Positions 29,278-39,652 of a stretch of DNA of 64,000 bases are shown here, in pieces (within the stretch, counting starts at the first letter, position 1; every line of letters begins with the position of its first letter). Location of the stretch: positions 1 to 64,000 of IMG/VR virus record IMGVR_UViG_3300028920_000047; one strand, written 5' to 3'. The notes below the pieces were generated by a model. That model ran no database searches and had not been told where the DNA came from. It saw nothing but the letters and a program-made list of their open reading frames with translations. Made by a program: the position numbers and the translations under genes. The stretch is from a virus.

Positions 29278-30729
29278 TTACATCTTGTTCATAATTGCTT
29301 CCATATTACTTTTTATTTCTTCATCTTCTTTACTTATTGGTGAATTACTACTACCCGCTTCTAATTTTAAATTATCGGGTAACTCTATATCATCGTCAAA
29401 ATTTGTTTGTAAATCATCAAAATAAGATTTCAAAATATTTTTAACTTGTTCTTTATCCTTTGCTTCCTTTATACGATAAATAAACTTATCATCAATTATT
29501 TTATTCAAAACTATCACTTTAAATTTATATAACTCCAGTTTAAGATTTTTATTTATTTCCTGAAAACGTTGATTATTTTTATTTTGTGCTTTGAGGCCGT
29601 CTACCTGCTGTAAAATTTGTTTAGAATTTTTTCTCAGCGATTCATATTTCTCCCGCTTACTTTCATAATCTTTCTTCAAGTCTTCGTTTTGTAGCCTCAA
29701 AGCATTATTATCTCTTTTTAACTTTTTTAACTTTAATCTTTGTAACCTGGATTTTTTTTCTAATATAGTTAAAGTATTATCCAGCCTTTCAATCGCTTCT
29801 TCATATAATTCTTTTTCCTGCATTATTTTATCAAATTTATCCTGCAAATCGAGTTGTTGGTTTAAAATCTTTTTAGCAATGGATTTGTGAAAATCCTTAC
29901 TTCTTACCAAACTATCGGTCTCGTTTTCTAATAATTTATTTTTATCAATATAGTCAGCAATAACGTTCTCCAAACTTTCTTTAACTTTTTTAATTTTCAT
30001 AGTCACCTCGTCTTTACTTTCAGTAAAATGTTGGTCTTTAGTACTTGTTGACGGTTTATAGTGACTTTCTTTTTTTAAGGAGTTTAAAATATGTTCACAT
30101 TGTTTACCAATAATCTTATCCTCTTTATGTTCGTATAAAAATTTCTCAACTTCTTTTTTCTTTTTATTCTCTAAATAGGAAATAGATTTTACTACAGACG
30201 GGCCAATAACGTGGTCATATGTTATAAGTTCAAAATCATCTGGGTCAACAATTTCTGTTCCTTCTTCAAAATAAGAACTACCTACTCCCCTGGAACTCCA
30301 GCCTATATTACCACCGGCTTTTAAAATAGTATAAACTAAATTACCGGCTGGTGTATCAAGTATATCTTCGTAAATATGATATTCTTTATCTTTTTTCTCT
30401 ATATTAGTTATTAAATGAGATGCTCTATGTATTGATACATCTATTTCATCAGGATGGTCAGCCTCCCCGTATAAACCCCGGCTTTTCATTTGTTCTGTAA
30501 AAGGACTATCAAAATGAGCTTTATCAAATAGGTCTTCCGAATAAAATCTATCATTCTCATTTTTTATATCGGCTATAGTACAAATACCGTAAGCCCGACC
30601 TAACACTCCTTCTGGTAATGGTTTATCCGTTTCTTTTTGTTCAACTAATTTAAACTGAGAACTCTTCCACTGTTTACCTTTTTCACAAATAAGTCGCTTT
30701 TCTATTATCTTAACTCCGTCAAGCTTCAT
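29278..30729 (-). CDS. Prohead protease (gp21-like) fused to coiled-coil scaffold (gp22-like)
   Basis: NENDRFYS, GEADHP, GWSSRGVGS, FELITYDHVIGPS, then a long coiled coil. Confidence 0.9.
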   Translation of the reverse strand: MKLDGVKIIEKRLICEKGKQWKSSQFKLVEQKETDKPLPEGVLGRAYGICTIADIKNENDRFYSEDLFDKAHFDSPFTEQMKSRGLYGEADHPDEIDVSIHRASHLITNIEKKDKEYHIYEDILDTPAGNLVYTILKAGGNIGWSSRGVGSSYFEEGTEIVDPDDFELITYDHVIGPSVVKSISYLENKKKKEVEKFLYEHKEDKIIGKQCEHILNSLKKESHYKPSTSTKDQHFTESKDEVTMKIKKVKESLENVIADYIDKNKLLENETDSLVRSKDFHKSIAKKILNQQLDLQDKFDKIMQEKELYEEAIERLDNTLTILEKKSRLQRLKLKKLKRDNNALRLQNEDLKKDYESKREKYESLRKNSKQILQQVDGLKAQNKNNQRFQEINKNLKLELYKFKVIVLNKIIDDKFIYRIKEAKDKEQVKNILKSYFDDLQTNFDDDIELPDNLKLEAGSSNSPISKEDEEIKSNMEAIMNKM

Positions 30730-30911
30730 TATTTAAAACACCTCGCAACAAACTAATAATTAAATTAAACAACCTTCATTCTTCATATATTATATAATAT
30801 AAATAACTATAATACAAAAGACGGATATTCTGTACAACTTTTATCAGACTTTTCTCCGGATTTTTTAGTATTATATTTTATATACTGTTTTTAAAGTGAG
30901 GGTTTGGTAAT

Positions 30912-31040
30912 ATGAATTTAAAAATACAAATACATTATTTAAAAACAATAAATCCATATTTTGTAGAAGTATTATTGGGATATAAAAATTTTGAATTAAG
31001 AAAAAATGATAGAGATTTTAGAGTAAAAAGGGAAGTTTAG
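30912..31040 (+). pseudogene. Truncated ASCH/DUF3850-like gene
   Basis: HYLKTINPYFVEVLLGYKNFELRKNDRDFRV then a stop at codon 43. The family normally continues VGD.L.L.E. Confidence 0.65.
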
Positions 31041-31118
31041 TATGAATGTTGCAGTTGCGGGTAGCATTGTTTTATATGATAGAATATCAAAAAATAATAA
31101 AAAAGTCGGAGGGCAAAG

Positions 31119-31559
31119 ATGATAACCGGTAAACAAAAGCAGTATGCGGCGTTGTGGAAACGGGTTGCGAAGAAGTTAAAAGAAGATATAAGTATGTGTA
31201 AAAAAATTTGTTTATTATGTCAACGGTCAATTCCAAAACCTGATATTGATGAAAAGTATATTTCCGAACTCGAACAAGACAACAAAGATTTAGAAGTGAT
31301 TGCAAAGAATTTAGCACATAATACAGAATTGTTAAGAGAAGAAAACAAAGAACTACAGATTAAACTTGATGAGTCAGAAGGTTGGCAAACTTTTCATTTC
31401 AACAGGGCAAACAAAGTTGAAAACGAACTTATGCAATGTAAAAATAACAATTCCGAATGGACTATTGCTAATGACGCATTAACTTTTGAGAATAATATGT
31501 TAAGAACTGAAAACGCTAAACTGAAAGAACAGTTAAAGGAGGCACAAAATGGACAGTAA
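31119..31559 (+). CDS. Hypothetical coiled-coil protein
   Basis: GGAGG RBS, coiled coil, part of a plus-strand islet. Confidence 0.65.
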   Translation: MITGKQKQYAALWKRVAKKLKEDISMCKKICLLCQRSIPKPDIDEKYISELEQDNKDLEVIAKNLAHNTELLREENKELQIKLDESEGWQTFHFNRANKVENELMQCKNNNSEWTIANDALTFENNMLRTENAKLKEQLKEAQNGQ

Positions 31560-31716
31560 TATGAAAAAATCAACTATTTTTTTTGATTATTGCAAAGGGT
31601 TAGGAATTGCGATAATTATATTATTACACCTTGTTTGGTTAATTATTACTTTGCCACTTTTCTTAGTGGATGAAGAAAAATATAAAAAGATAACTGATTG
31701 GTTAAATATAGTATGA
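31549..31716 (+). CDS. Small membrane protein, 55 aa (not in ORF track)
   Basis: AAGGAGG RBS; MDSNMKKSTIFFDYCKGLGIAIIILLHLVWLIITLPLFLV... Confidence 0.55.
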   Translation: MDSNMKKSTIFFDYCKGLGIAIIILLHLVWLIITLPLFLVDEEKYKKITDWLNIV

Positions 31717-31904
31717 AGATAAATCCTTGTAGAGAAAAAACTAAGTTAGAAAAACTACTTATTGAAATAGTATATTATATATTTGTTCTTATATTTCTTT
31801 TATTTTCACCGGTATTTTTAATAATGTTTTACTTTCAAGAAAGAAAAGATAGATTAACCAATAGGAGGCAAACTAATGAATCCAAAATACGAAAGATATT
31901 TTAA
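31713..31904 (+). CDS. Small membrane protein
   Basis: ATGA overlap with the previous ORF; one hydrophobic segment. Confidence 0.5.
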   Translation: MKINPCREKTKLEKLLIEIVYYIFVLIFLLFSPVFLIMFYFQERKDRLTNRRQTNESKIRKIF

Positions 31905-31972
31905 ATGTGGGAAATGTAGGGTTAAAATTAAATTTAGTATGAGTAACGAAGAACGAATACGATTACGCCGTT

Positions 31973-32182
31973 CTATTTATCGACTTTTTTAAAAATCAAA
32001 GATAATTGAAAAGTACCTTTATACTCATACCCCTGGCTATACATATAATTTAATATATCGTGTAACTCTATTTTTTGATTATCCGGTGTATTTGTTGCTT
32101 CCTTCATAGTATTAAGAATATCATTATCAATAGTATTAATTACTACATACTCGTCCTTAACTGGATTTTCAAATTCTGACAT
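31973..32182 (-). CDS. Hypothetical protein
   Basis: AGGAGG RBS; ILNYMYSQGYEY...LIFKK. Confidence 0.6.
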   Translation of the reverse strand: MSEFENPVKDEYVVINTIDNDILNTMKEATNTPDNQKIELHDILNYMYSQGYEYKGTFQLSLIFKKVDK

Positions 32183-32275
32183 TATTAATCCTCCTATTTT
32201 TTATAGGGCTAAGATATATTCTGATTTTACGTGGAAGAAAAAAGAAAAATCTACATAAATATATAAAATAACATC

Positions 32276-32644
32276 TTAGCCCATTTTTTTATATATTTTT
32301 GTTAGTGTATCGTTCATATTATCAAATGATTTAGTCAAATTATTCAATCCCCTAATAATAGCTTTAACCTGGGATTGGGTATCTTTTTTCACATCGCCTA
32401 ACGGTACCAATTTTGTTTTTAATGCTTCGCTTAGATTATATGTTGGGGGGTTATCGTTTGGAGCCATTCTCAGCTTGAGTAAAATCCTTCGCCAGGTATT
32501 CATAACATTATTCGTTATATCATTATTATCTTCATTAAAAAATCTTTTATTACTTACTGATTTAGGGGGCATCTCTACAGACCCGCAAAATTCGTCTACA
32601 ATAATACCTAATATTTCTTTTTCTATATTTTTTGTTATTTCCAA
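32276..32644 (-). CDS. Hypothetical protein
   Basis: Coupled ORF downstream of the portal. Confidence 0.55.
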   Translation of the reverse strand: MEITKNIEKEILGIIVDEFCGSVEMPPKSVSNKRFFNEDNNDITNNVMNTWRRILLKLRMAPNDNPPTYNLSEALKTKLVPLGDVKKDTQSQVKAIIRGLNNLTKSFDNMNDTLTKIYKKMG

Positions 32645-33207
32645 TCCTCAAACCTCCTCTTATATTTTAATACTTTTTTTAATTGTTGTTTGGCGGTTTT
32701 TTCCGTAACAAAATTTAATTGTATAACCTTTATAAAATCTTTTAAAAATCGATTTAATGGGAAATCTTTGTTTTCCTTTTTATATAAAGCTGCATAAGTA
32801 CCTATTTGAAATAAAATTAAAGTTTGTTCCTCATTACTAACATCCTGCTCCATAATCTTATGAACGTTTGAAAATTTATTTTTAGCTTTTAAAAAATCAC
32901 GAAATCCAAACACATGTTCTTCAAACTCTACTTCCTTATTAACCAGGGTGTCGGTTATACCTAATAACATATGCCCATATTTTTCAAACTCATTATAACC
33001 ATTTATAAGGGAATAGTCTATTATCTTTTGTACTAATTCTAAAAAGATATTTTGCTTTTTCTCAATCAAATAACTTTTTAAATTGTATAAAAACGATAAA
33101 TAGTCGTTATCTATACCTACTTCTTTTAGTAAACTATAAGAAGACTTATCAAGATAATACATATAATAAAATCTTTTTAATTCTTTTTTTATACTCTTAC
33201 TATCCAT
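32635..33207 (-). CDS. Hypothetical protein
   Basis: TAATG coupling to the portal gene. Confidence 0.6.
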   Translation of the reverse strand: MDSKSIKKELKRFYYMYYLDKSSYSLLKEVGIDNDYLSFLYNLKSYLIEKKQNIFLELVQKIIDYSLINGYNEFEKYGHMLLGITDTLVNKEVEFEEHVFGFRDFLKAKNKFSNVHKIMEQDVSNEEQTLILFQIGTYAALYKKENKDFPLNRFLKDFIKVIQLNFVTEKTAKQQLKKVLKYKRRFEDWK

Positions 33208-34862
33208 TATTCTTCACCATCTTCTTTTTGTTTTTTTATAATAACCTTTCCATCCAACTTTTCAATTATTTTATGCTGTACATATCTTTTTTTATTAACA
33301 TCTATTTTATAAGGTAGATAAGATTTAATATCCCCATTTCTATGATAATATTTTAACTCTTGTTTATCTTTTTTTATTTCGGTTAAAATAGTTTGAAAAT
33401 CTATTTTATTAGTCATGAAACTTTTTACATCAAACTCCGGTAAACTTAAATACTTTAACAACCAGTATATTACATATTTTACCTGAGCATCATTTTCTAT
33501 ACCAATACTACGAAAAAAATCTAACACTTCTCTGGATACATCGAGCTGAGATTTTAAAGCGTTGGTTAATTCCAACTCTTCAGCAGTAGAGGTTGTACCC
33601 AGCATAACATCAAATTCATTAGGATTTATAACTTTTTTATATTTCCAGGATAAATGAATTAAAAACATACGCTTCATTGCTATTAAATCGGCATTTTGTA
33701 AACGTTTACTCATTCTTGCATATCTTAACGAAGTCCATTTTAAACTACCCTCACCAACTTGAAACCCTTCATTAGTAAATCCTAAATATTCTGGCGGAGT
33801 TCGTAAGGCGCCAAAATAGATTTTAGTAAAATAATCAATATCAACCATCCCCCGCACCTCTACATCACCACCAATAGTATCAGCTTTAACATCACCCTTA
33901 CCTGATGCAGTTACAGGTAAAAATAAATCATCAGTAAAGTTTAAAGGATTGTACTCACTATAATATTGGTCAGCAGAAAAATTTATAGATTTTGATTTTT
34001 TAAATGTTTCTTCATAATCATTTAACATATCAGTAGCTTCAGTTGTATTAGCATTACCTACATTTACATAAAACACTCTTATAAACGGAGCCCGGGCTAA
34101 ACGAGCCATTATTATACTATCCTGGGATAATTTTAATTGTTTAAAAATTTTTCGAGCAGCTTCAAAAAAACTTATACCATATTTTGTTGTTAATCTCAAT
34201 GGATGCCCTTTCTCATCTAATTTTAATGCCCCAAATATTTTTTCCCTATCCAATAATCTATATTTTCTACGCGGCCCTAATAATCTAAAATGCACCACTT
34301 CCCAGGGTTCCAATAGATTATCAGCACCTATTGCTCCGGAAAAGCCCGCCGTCTCTAATAAAGCAAAACCGAGTAATTTACCATTCACATCAAACCTATA
34401 AACATCCTCAGGATGATGTTGGTCATCATAACCAGTAATCCCTTTACCAGGTTCACCATATAATTTAATAAACATATCTCCATACAAAGCGGTTTGCCAT
34501 GTCCAATCTATTAAATTATCTTCTAAATTAATTATATTAATAAATCTATCCCATTCTCTTTTATAATCTTTTACATTAGTCTCTAACCACATTGTGGCTC
34601 TATGTAATTTTGAATAAATTGCAGAATCCTCAACAAGTAATTCCAAAGCACCGCCTGCAATCCCATCAGATAACATGGACTCATAATCCAAATACCTGAT
34701 TTTTCTATCATGGTCAACAGAAGTCATAGTCCCATAAAATGACCATAAATAATTATATAACTCCCGGCGTTCATGCTGCCCATGATTCTTAGAAGGAGTC
34801 TTATTAAAAACTATATCTATTACTTCCGCTAAATGATTTTTAATCAAATTCCATTTTGCCAT
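33207..34862 (-). CDS. Portal protein (T4 gp20-like)
   Basis: YGDMF, VVHFR, YGISFFE, RLARAPFIRVFYVNVGN, DIDYF..ALRTPPEYLG, RYARM. Confidence 0.93.
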   Translation of the reverse strand: MAKWNLIKNHLAEVIDIVFNKTPSKNHGQHERRELYNYLWSFYGTMTSVDHDRKIRYLDYESMLSDGIAGGALELLVEDSAIYSKLHRATMWLETNVKDYKREWDRFINIINLEDNLIDWTWQTALYGDMFIKLYGEPGKGITGYDDQHHPEDVYRFDVNGKLLGFALLETAGFSGAIGADNLLEPWEVVHFRLLGPRRKYRLLDREKIFGALKLDEKGHPLRLTTKYGISFFEAARKIFKQLKLSQDSIIMARLARAPFIRVFYVNVGNANTTEATDMLNDYEETFKKSKSINFSADQYYSEYNPLNFTDDLFLPVTASGKGDVKADTIGGDVEVRGMVDIDYFTKIYFGALRTPPEYLGFTNEGFQVGEGSLKWTSLRYARMSKRLQNADLIAMKRMFLIHLSWKYKKVINPNEFDVMLGTTSTAEELELTNALKSQLDVSREVLDFFRSIGIENDAQVKYVIYWLLKYLSLPEFDVKSFMTNKIDFQTILTEIKKDKQELKYYHRNGDIKSYLPYKIDVNKKRYVQHKIIEKLDGKVIIKKQKEDGEE

Positions 34863-34885
34863 CTAATATCAACACCTCTTTTACT

Positions 34886-36325
34886 CTACTTAGAAAATAA
34901 CCAAGCCAAATCTTCGTTAATAATTCCTTTTCTATTATGGTCGCGTTCATCTTTTTGTTTTTCTAATACCGATTTAAAAGTGTCCAATAATATACGTGGA
35001 TTACTAACCGTATCTACTAAAGCGTTCCAACAAGCACCACAAAAAGCATCCGCCACACCCTTATCACCAATTTCACCTTTAAGATTTTTTTCTGGAGGAT
35101 AAACCTTTCCTTTTTCTGTATCATGTAAAAGGTCTCCAAGTTCCATAACTAATACTTCATAATCATATATATCCACTCTCTCTTCAAGAATACAATCGCG
35201 TAAACTCTTATATTGAACATCATTTCTATCTACAGACAATAACGATGAGGGAATACCACCAAGTACCATTGATTGTATACTTTCCTCCGACTGGAACTGG
35301 TCAAATGTTCCCCTTACTATGTTTACACCTTTTTTTCTTAACCAAAAATAAAATTCTCTAATCTTATAAATAGGTATTTTTGAATCATACGGAGGTCTTA
35401 TTTGAAGAGCAAAATCCAAATATAATCCCGGAGCCTGAATTTCCTTTACTTGACCAGTATCTATATTTACTTTAACTGTGTTTACCATGCCCCGCTTACG
35501 CACCATTGCCATTCCTAATTCATTGCCCGATTTAGATAAATCTGTATGAATATAACGAGCAGCAGTTATATCTTCCAATTTGTTAAAAATAAAATAATCC
35601 TGAATTTTTTGTTGTTTATTTTTATAATCAAGAACCAAATACTCTTTTGTAAAAGGATGAGCTTCATACTCCCGCCTAACTGCTTTACTAACATATGTTC
35701 TTTGTGGTATCAACCTTTTTCTTACACTATGTCTGGCCAGTATCCCCGCCTGGCGCTTTAAAAAAGTTGATAAATCTAATTTTGCTAATCTTTTTAATTC
35801 CACCGGACAGTCGTTTAATATAGCATGACCTTCTCGTACATAAACACTTATATCTTCACCTTTCTCAATTATTTTTGGTGGATGATATTCAGTACCGCAG
35901 GCAATAGTAAACGTTATACCACTATAAGCTTTCCTTTTAATTCGCCATATTGGGTCATTATATATAAGTACGTGCTCCTCGTCTTTTACCATCTCAATAT
36001 AATTATCTAAAAATGAAGCCACATCCTCTTCTACCTGCTGAATCATAAACAATTTACTTATTAAAGGTAAAATACCTTTATCCATAAATCGAGATATAAT
36101 ACGAGAAATAGTTTCGGTATAAACTTTAAAAACCTTAGTTAGTTCAACACGCCTGGTACTAAATTGAGCGGTTTTATTATCCGCTGCTGATAACTCGTCC
36201 AAACAATTATGAACAATTATGTTATGTGGTCCAACATAAAGATGATTACCACCCACATCTTTAACATCATAACTATCCTGAACACCAATACTTTTTATAG
36301 ACTTTATTTTAATTGGTTTTAACAT
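34886..36325 (-). CDS. terL: Large terminase C-terminal half preceded by split-intein C fragment
   Basis: First 40 aa end IIVHN, then CLDE (rest of Walker B). Nuclease motifs YIHTDLS, TFDQFQS, VADAFCG. Adjacent to the portal. Confidence 0.92.
   Translation of the reverse strand: MLKPIKIKSIKSIGVQDSYDVKDVGGNHLYVGPHNIIVHNCLDELSAADNKTAQFSTRRVELTKVFKVYTETISRIISRFMDKGILPLISKLFMIQQVEEDVASFLDNYIEMVKDEEHVLIYNDPIWRIKRKAYSGITFTIACGTEYHPPKIIEKGEDISVYVREGHAILNDCPVELKRLAKLDLSTFLKRQAGILARHSVRKRLIPQRTYVSKAVRREYEAHPFTKEYLVLDYKNKQQKIQDYFIFNKLEDITAARYIHTDLSKSGNELGMAMVRKRGMVNTVKVNIDTGQVKEIQAPGLYLDFALQIRPPYDSKIPIYKIREFYFWLRKKGVNIVRGTFDQFQSEESIQSMVLGGIPSSLLSVDRNDVQYKSLRDCILEERVDIYDYEVLVMELGDLLHDTEKGKVYPPEKNLKGEIGDKGVADAFCGACWNALVDTVSNPRILLDTFKSVLEKQKDERDHNRKGIINEDLAWLFSK
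36206..36325 (-). other. Split intein C fragment (IntC, 40 aa)
   Basis: MLKPIKIKSIKSIGVQDSYDVKDVGGNHLYVGPHNIIVHN|C: block F (YDV..NHLY), block G (VHN) and +1 Cys. Confidence 0.93.
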
Positions 36326-36861
36326 TATTTTAAATCATCTCTATTTGAACTTAATAATTTATATAAAACAAATCCTATTATTGTCGATAGAGGAATAAAA
36401 CCAAACGGAAGTAATATTTTCCAGCCGGAAAGAGTATCCATTGTGAAACAAAAAATTGTTAATGATACAATAATACCAAAAATGGTTGAATTAACTAACG
36501 TCTTAGATATATTACCACCAAACGACGATACCCATTGACAAAATTTATTATCTGAAGTTAATCCAAGCATAGTTATAAAACCAAGTATAATACCGGTTAT
36601 TGCACCATAGACAACACCTTCCTTGATTTTCTTATTATCCTCCATTACATAATCCATAACCGCCTTTTTTTCTTGTTGCTTTTCCTGCTGCTTTATAAAA
36701 TTTATAAGTTTATTTAAATCCGCTTGAGATACTTTAGACCAATCATCCTCTACCGCTTCAACAATTTTCTTTAAAGTATCATCTATACCAGACATATCAA
36801 TTGCTTCTAATATAGCTTCCACATCTTCCCGTTTTTCGGTTTTATAAAACTCCTTGTTCAT
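36325..36861 (-). CDS. Hypothetical membrane protein
   Basis: Soluble N-half, KKIKEG, three hydrophobic segments. TAATG-coupled to the IntC-TerL gene. Confidence 0.6.
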   Translation of the reverse strand: MNKEFYKTEKREDVEAILEAIDMSGIDDTLKKIVEAVEDDWSKVSQADLNKLINFIKQQEKQQEKKAVMDYVMEDNKKIKEGVVYGAITGIILGFITMLGLTSDNKFCQWVSSFGGNISKTLVNSTIFGIIVSLTIFCFTMDTLSGWKILLPFGFIPLSTIIGFVLYKLLSSNRDDLK

Positions 36862-37081
36862 CTAACTCTCTCATCTTTCTTAATAAATTTCTTATCAACA
36901 CTTTTAACAAAGCATTTCTTAACTTAAAGTGGGGCTTACCCTTTAACTTTTTTAACTCTACATTACACTCATCCCGAAATGTTTTGTTCTCTCTTGCTAT
37001 ATCAAAACACATTTGTAAATAAGTATCTAATTCAGTATCATTAAATTTTAACTTATCTACAAGTTTATCTACTTTACTCAT
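36842..37081 (-). CDS. Hypothetical protein
   Basis: 79-aa coupled ORF. Confidence 0.55.
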   Translation of the reverse strand: MSKVDKLVDKLKFNDTELDTYLQMCFDIARENKTFRDECNVELKKLKGKPHFKLRNALLKVLIRNLLRKMRELDEQGVL

Positions 37082-37857
37082 ACTTTATTACCATTTAACT
37101 TCTTTTCTTTAAATTCGTCTTTTTCTTGAATCACTTCTTTAAATTTATCTTCACCAAGTTCCATAGCCATTTTTGACAAATAAAACTGATTTGATAAAGT
37201 TTTAGAAAGCAATTCACTTTGAGTATCCATATACTTCTTTTGCCATTTACGATTACTAATAATAAGTGCTAAACAAATAGTTGATAGTATAGATAGAGCA
37301 GATAAAGCAACTTCGGGATTATTTGTAATAATGTTTCCCTTAGCTTCAAATTTTTGGTTTATCGAATTATCGAAACCGGCAAATAGTTTTGCATTAGCAT
37401 CTACTTTATTACTTACTTCTAAAATATTATCTGACATTGCTTTAAAATCTATTTTAACAAAATTATCAGATAAAGCTTTTACATTAGTCTTTATATCTAA
37501 TACATTATTTGACATTGCTTTTAAATCTAACTTAAATTCGTCAAGTAATTTTATTTTAACATTTAATTCTTTTATCAACTGCATATCGGTTTGAATCTTA
37601 CCAATATTAGCATTCATATTATTCTGGAGCTGAATAAAATTATCCCTTAAATCATTTAACCCTGATTTATTATCATTTACTCCTACCTGAACTTTAAGCA
37701 TAACATCACTAATTTTAACTACATTATCTTTAGTAGCTCTAACATCACTTTTAATCGTCGCCAACGATGGTAAAAGAGAAAAAGAATACCCAAAAGAAAG
37801 GCAAACAAATATATAAAAAATAATTAAAGCAATTACTTGCCAATGAAAAGTACTCAT
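37078..37857 (-). CDS. Membrane-anchored coiled-coil protein (spanin-like candidate)
   Basis: N-terminal TM, heptad repeats (KAMSNN/KALSDN/KAMSDN), second TM; in the lysis cluster. Confidence 0.45.
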   Translation of the reverse strand: MSTFHWQVIALIIFYIFVCLSFGYSFSLLPSLATIKSDVRATKDNVVKISDVMLKVQVGVNDNKSGLNDLRDNFIQLQNNMNANIGKIQTDMQLIKELNVKIKLLDEFKLDLKAMSNNVLDIKTNVKALSDNFVKIDFKAMSDNILEVSNKVDANAKLFAGFDNSINQKFEAKGNIITNNPEVALSALSILSTICLALIISNRKWQKKYMDTQSELLSKTLSNQFYLSKMAMELGEDKFKEVIQEKDEFKEKKLNGNKV

Positions 37858-38279
37858 TATATGACCTTCTTTTGTTTTAATTCCATATAAACATCTTGAA
37901 TAAAAGTTATAAAATATGATGGCTGTTTAATCTTTTCTTTTAACTCACCCTTCACACCAGTACTAAGAACTTTTAAATCAGCCTTTAATATTTTTCCTAT
38001 CTGAGCAATTAAATCATCTTTTGCACTATCCAATTTTTCAAGACCGTTACCATCTCTCTTATCCCACTCTATAATTATTTTAATCGCCATTTCTTTCAGC
38101 TGCTCTAAATCATCATCAGTTGCTAAATGAAATAATCTTCGAGTCCACACTTTAAAATACTTTTCATAAATATTTTTTACCACTTCTAAAAAATCTTGAA
38201 CCTCAGGTTTCTTATAAAACCTCACAACCCTGACCGGAAAAGCACAAATATTTTTCCACGCCCTCTTAAAAAAATTCAT
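37857..38279 (-). CDS. Hypothetical protein, weakly holin (LL-H)-like
   Basis: GNGLEKLDSA...IQDVYMELK pattern; no clear TM. Confidence 0.35.
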   Translation of the reverse strand: MNFFKRAWKNICAFPVRVVRFYKKPEVQDFLEVVKNIYEKYFKVWTRRLFHLATDDDLEQLKEMAIKIIIEWDKRDGNGLEKLDSAKDDLIAQIGKILKADLKVLSTGVKGELKEKIKQPSYFITFIQDVYMELKQKKVI

Positions 38280-38315
38280 CTTTAACTACCTCCTCTTTTT
38301 ATCAAAAAATCAAAA

Positions 38316-38510
38316 TTATATTTTAACTACCATTCGAATTTTATAATAATTAGCGTTTGTATTATTTGATACATCTCTCAAAAAGGCTAAATGCTCCACA
38401 TCCAGTTTTGTATCCTGAACAAATTTTTCAATAATTTTTTGAATAGCTTTTTCAGATATCTGACGCTTTCTCTGCACCTCTTCAACGGATAAACTTTTTT
38501 CCTTACTCAT
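38316..38510 (-). CDS. Hypothetical protein (probable start MSKEKS)
   Basis: GGAGG RBS upstream of MSKEK. Confidence 0.5.
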   Translation of the reverse strand: MSKEKSLSVEEVQRKRQISEKAIQKIIEKFVQDTKLDVEHLAFLRDVSNNTNANYYKIRMVVKI

Positions 38511-38523
38511 AATTTTTAACCTC

Positions 38524-38895
38524 CTATTTATATTTATCTTTTTGATAATAGGTCGGCCACTTATAACCATATCCCCATCTCCAATAAGTAGGCAAAAGCG
38601 GATGACCAAAAATTCTTACACCTATATAATATATTTTAGCGATTATTGGATATCCGGATTTTTCTATATCCTTTTTAAATATTTTATCAGCATATCTTCT
38701 ATCCTTTTTAGAACCACCCTGCCAATATAACCAATCATGTTTTATTCCTGCCCAGGTAAAATTGAAATCAGGAACCAAAGTACACCCGTCGGATTTAAAA
38801 GGTCTTATATGCTCTCTTCTGGTAGGAATATGGGAACAATGGATAAGGAAAAAAAGAAGAAATAAAAATATTATAAAATTACAACTATTTTTCAC
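38524..38895 (-). CDS. Lipoprotein with phospholipase-A2/DUF1353-like motif
   Basis: Hydrophobic signal ending LIHC; SDGCT...KHDWLYWQGG..DRRYADKIF...YYIGVRIFG. Confidence 0.6.
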   Translation of the reverse strand: MKNSCNFIIFLFLLFFLIHCSHIPTRREHIRPFKSDGCTLVPDFNFTWAGIKHDWLYWQGGSKKDRRYADKIFKKDIEKSGYPIIAKIYYIGVRIFGHPLLPTYWRWGYGYKWPTYYQKDKYK

Positions 38896-38908
38896 TTAAC
38901 TACCTCCT

Positions 38909-38991
38909 AAAATCTTCGATTTAAGCGATTTATACTAATTACCTACATAAAACCATGTATTATATAAAATCTCTTTATAAATCATATATTT
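38909..38991. repeat. Intergenic ~83-nt element, copy 2 of 2
   Basis: Aligns with 1239-1321. Confidence 0.75.
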
Positions 38992-39049
38992 ACACGATTT
39001 TACTGGTTATTTTAATGTTAATTTAAAATAAAACCAAACTTCTTTATGT

Positions 39050-39652
39050 TTATATCGATTCATTTAACCCTTTTATTTGTATTTCCTGCTGTTCTTTCAA
39101 CAAAGTATGTTTCATTATTTGGAGTAACTGCCAACTATTTCTACAATTATCATCTGCTGCAGATTTTATATAATGATATGCTCGTTGCCCCCTTAATTCT
39201 GGTTTAGATTTATTATAATGATTAGCATAATACTCACCCTGTTCATAAATTGATACTGGTATTATTACAGGAACTTTTAGATAACTTAATCGACAAAATA
39301 ATATTGACCAAAGGGGTGAACCGTCTAATTGATAAGCAACAGTTTCTGTATCTATAAAAAATCTATAATCAATTTTTAGTTCTTTCAACTTATCTTGCCA
39401 ATCAGGCTTTCTTTTAATTCTATTTAATAACTCAGCAATTTCTTCTTTATCATGTTGACATAAACCATGACCTTCAGATATATAACCATCTGGATAATCG
39501 CCTAACTGAGTTTCGGCATAAATAGTTCTAAGAATCATTTCACAAGCATTATCGTTTTCACCATAACCAAACACACCACACACCGCAAAAATACTTTTTA
39601 TAATAAAAATTTCATTTGAACTTCTATCATTTGGTAATAATCCATATCCCAT
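39050..39652 (-). CDS. Putative endolysin (lysozyme-like fold)
   Basis: TIYAETQLG (candidate catalytic Glu), GHGLCQ, SILFCRLSY..P..IP, YYANHYN. Confidence 0.65.
   Translation of the reverse strand: MGYGLLPNDRSSNEIFIIKSIFAVCGVFGYGENDNACEMILRTIYAETQLGDYPDGYISEGHGLCQHDKEEIAELLNRIKRKPDWQDKLKELKIDYRFFIDTETVAYQLDGSPLWSILFCRLSYLKVPVIIPVSIYEQGEYYANHYNKSKPELRGQRAYHYIKSAADDNCRNSWQLLQIMKHTLLKEQQEIQIKGLNESI

Noticed and set aside
36842-37081. Small terminase subunit candidate
   Set aside because: Only position suggests it; no recognisable motif.
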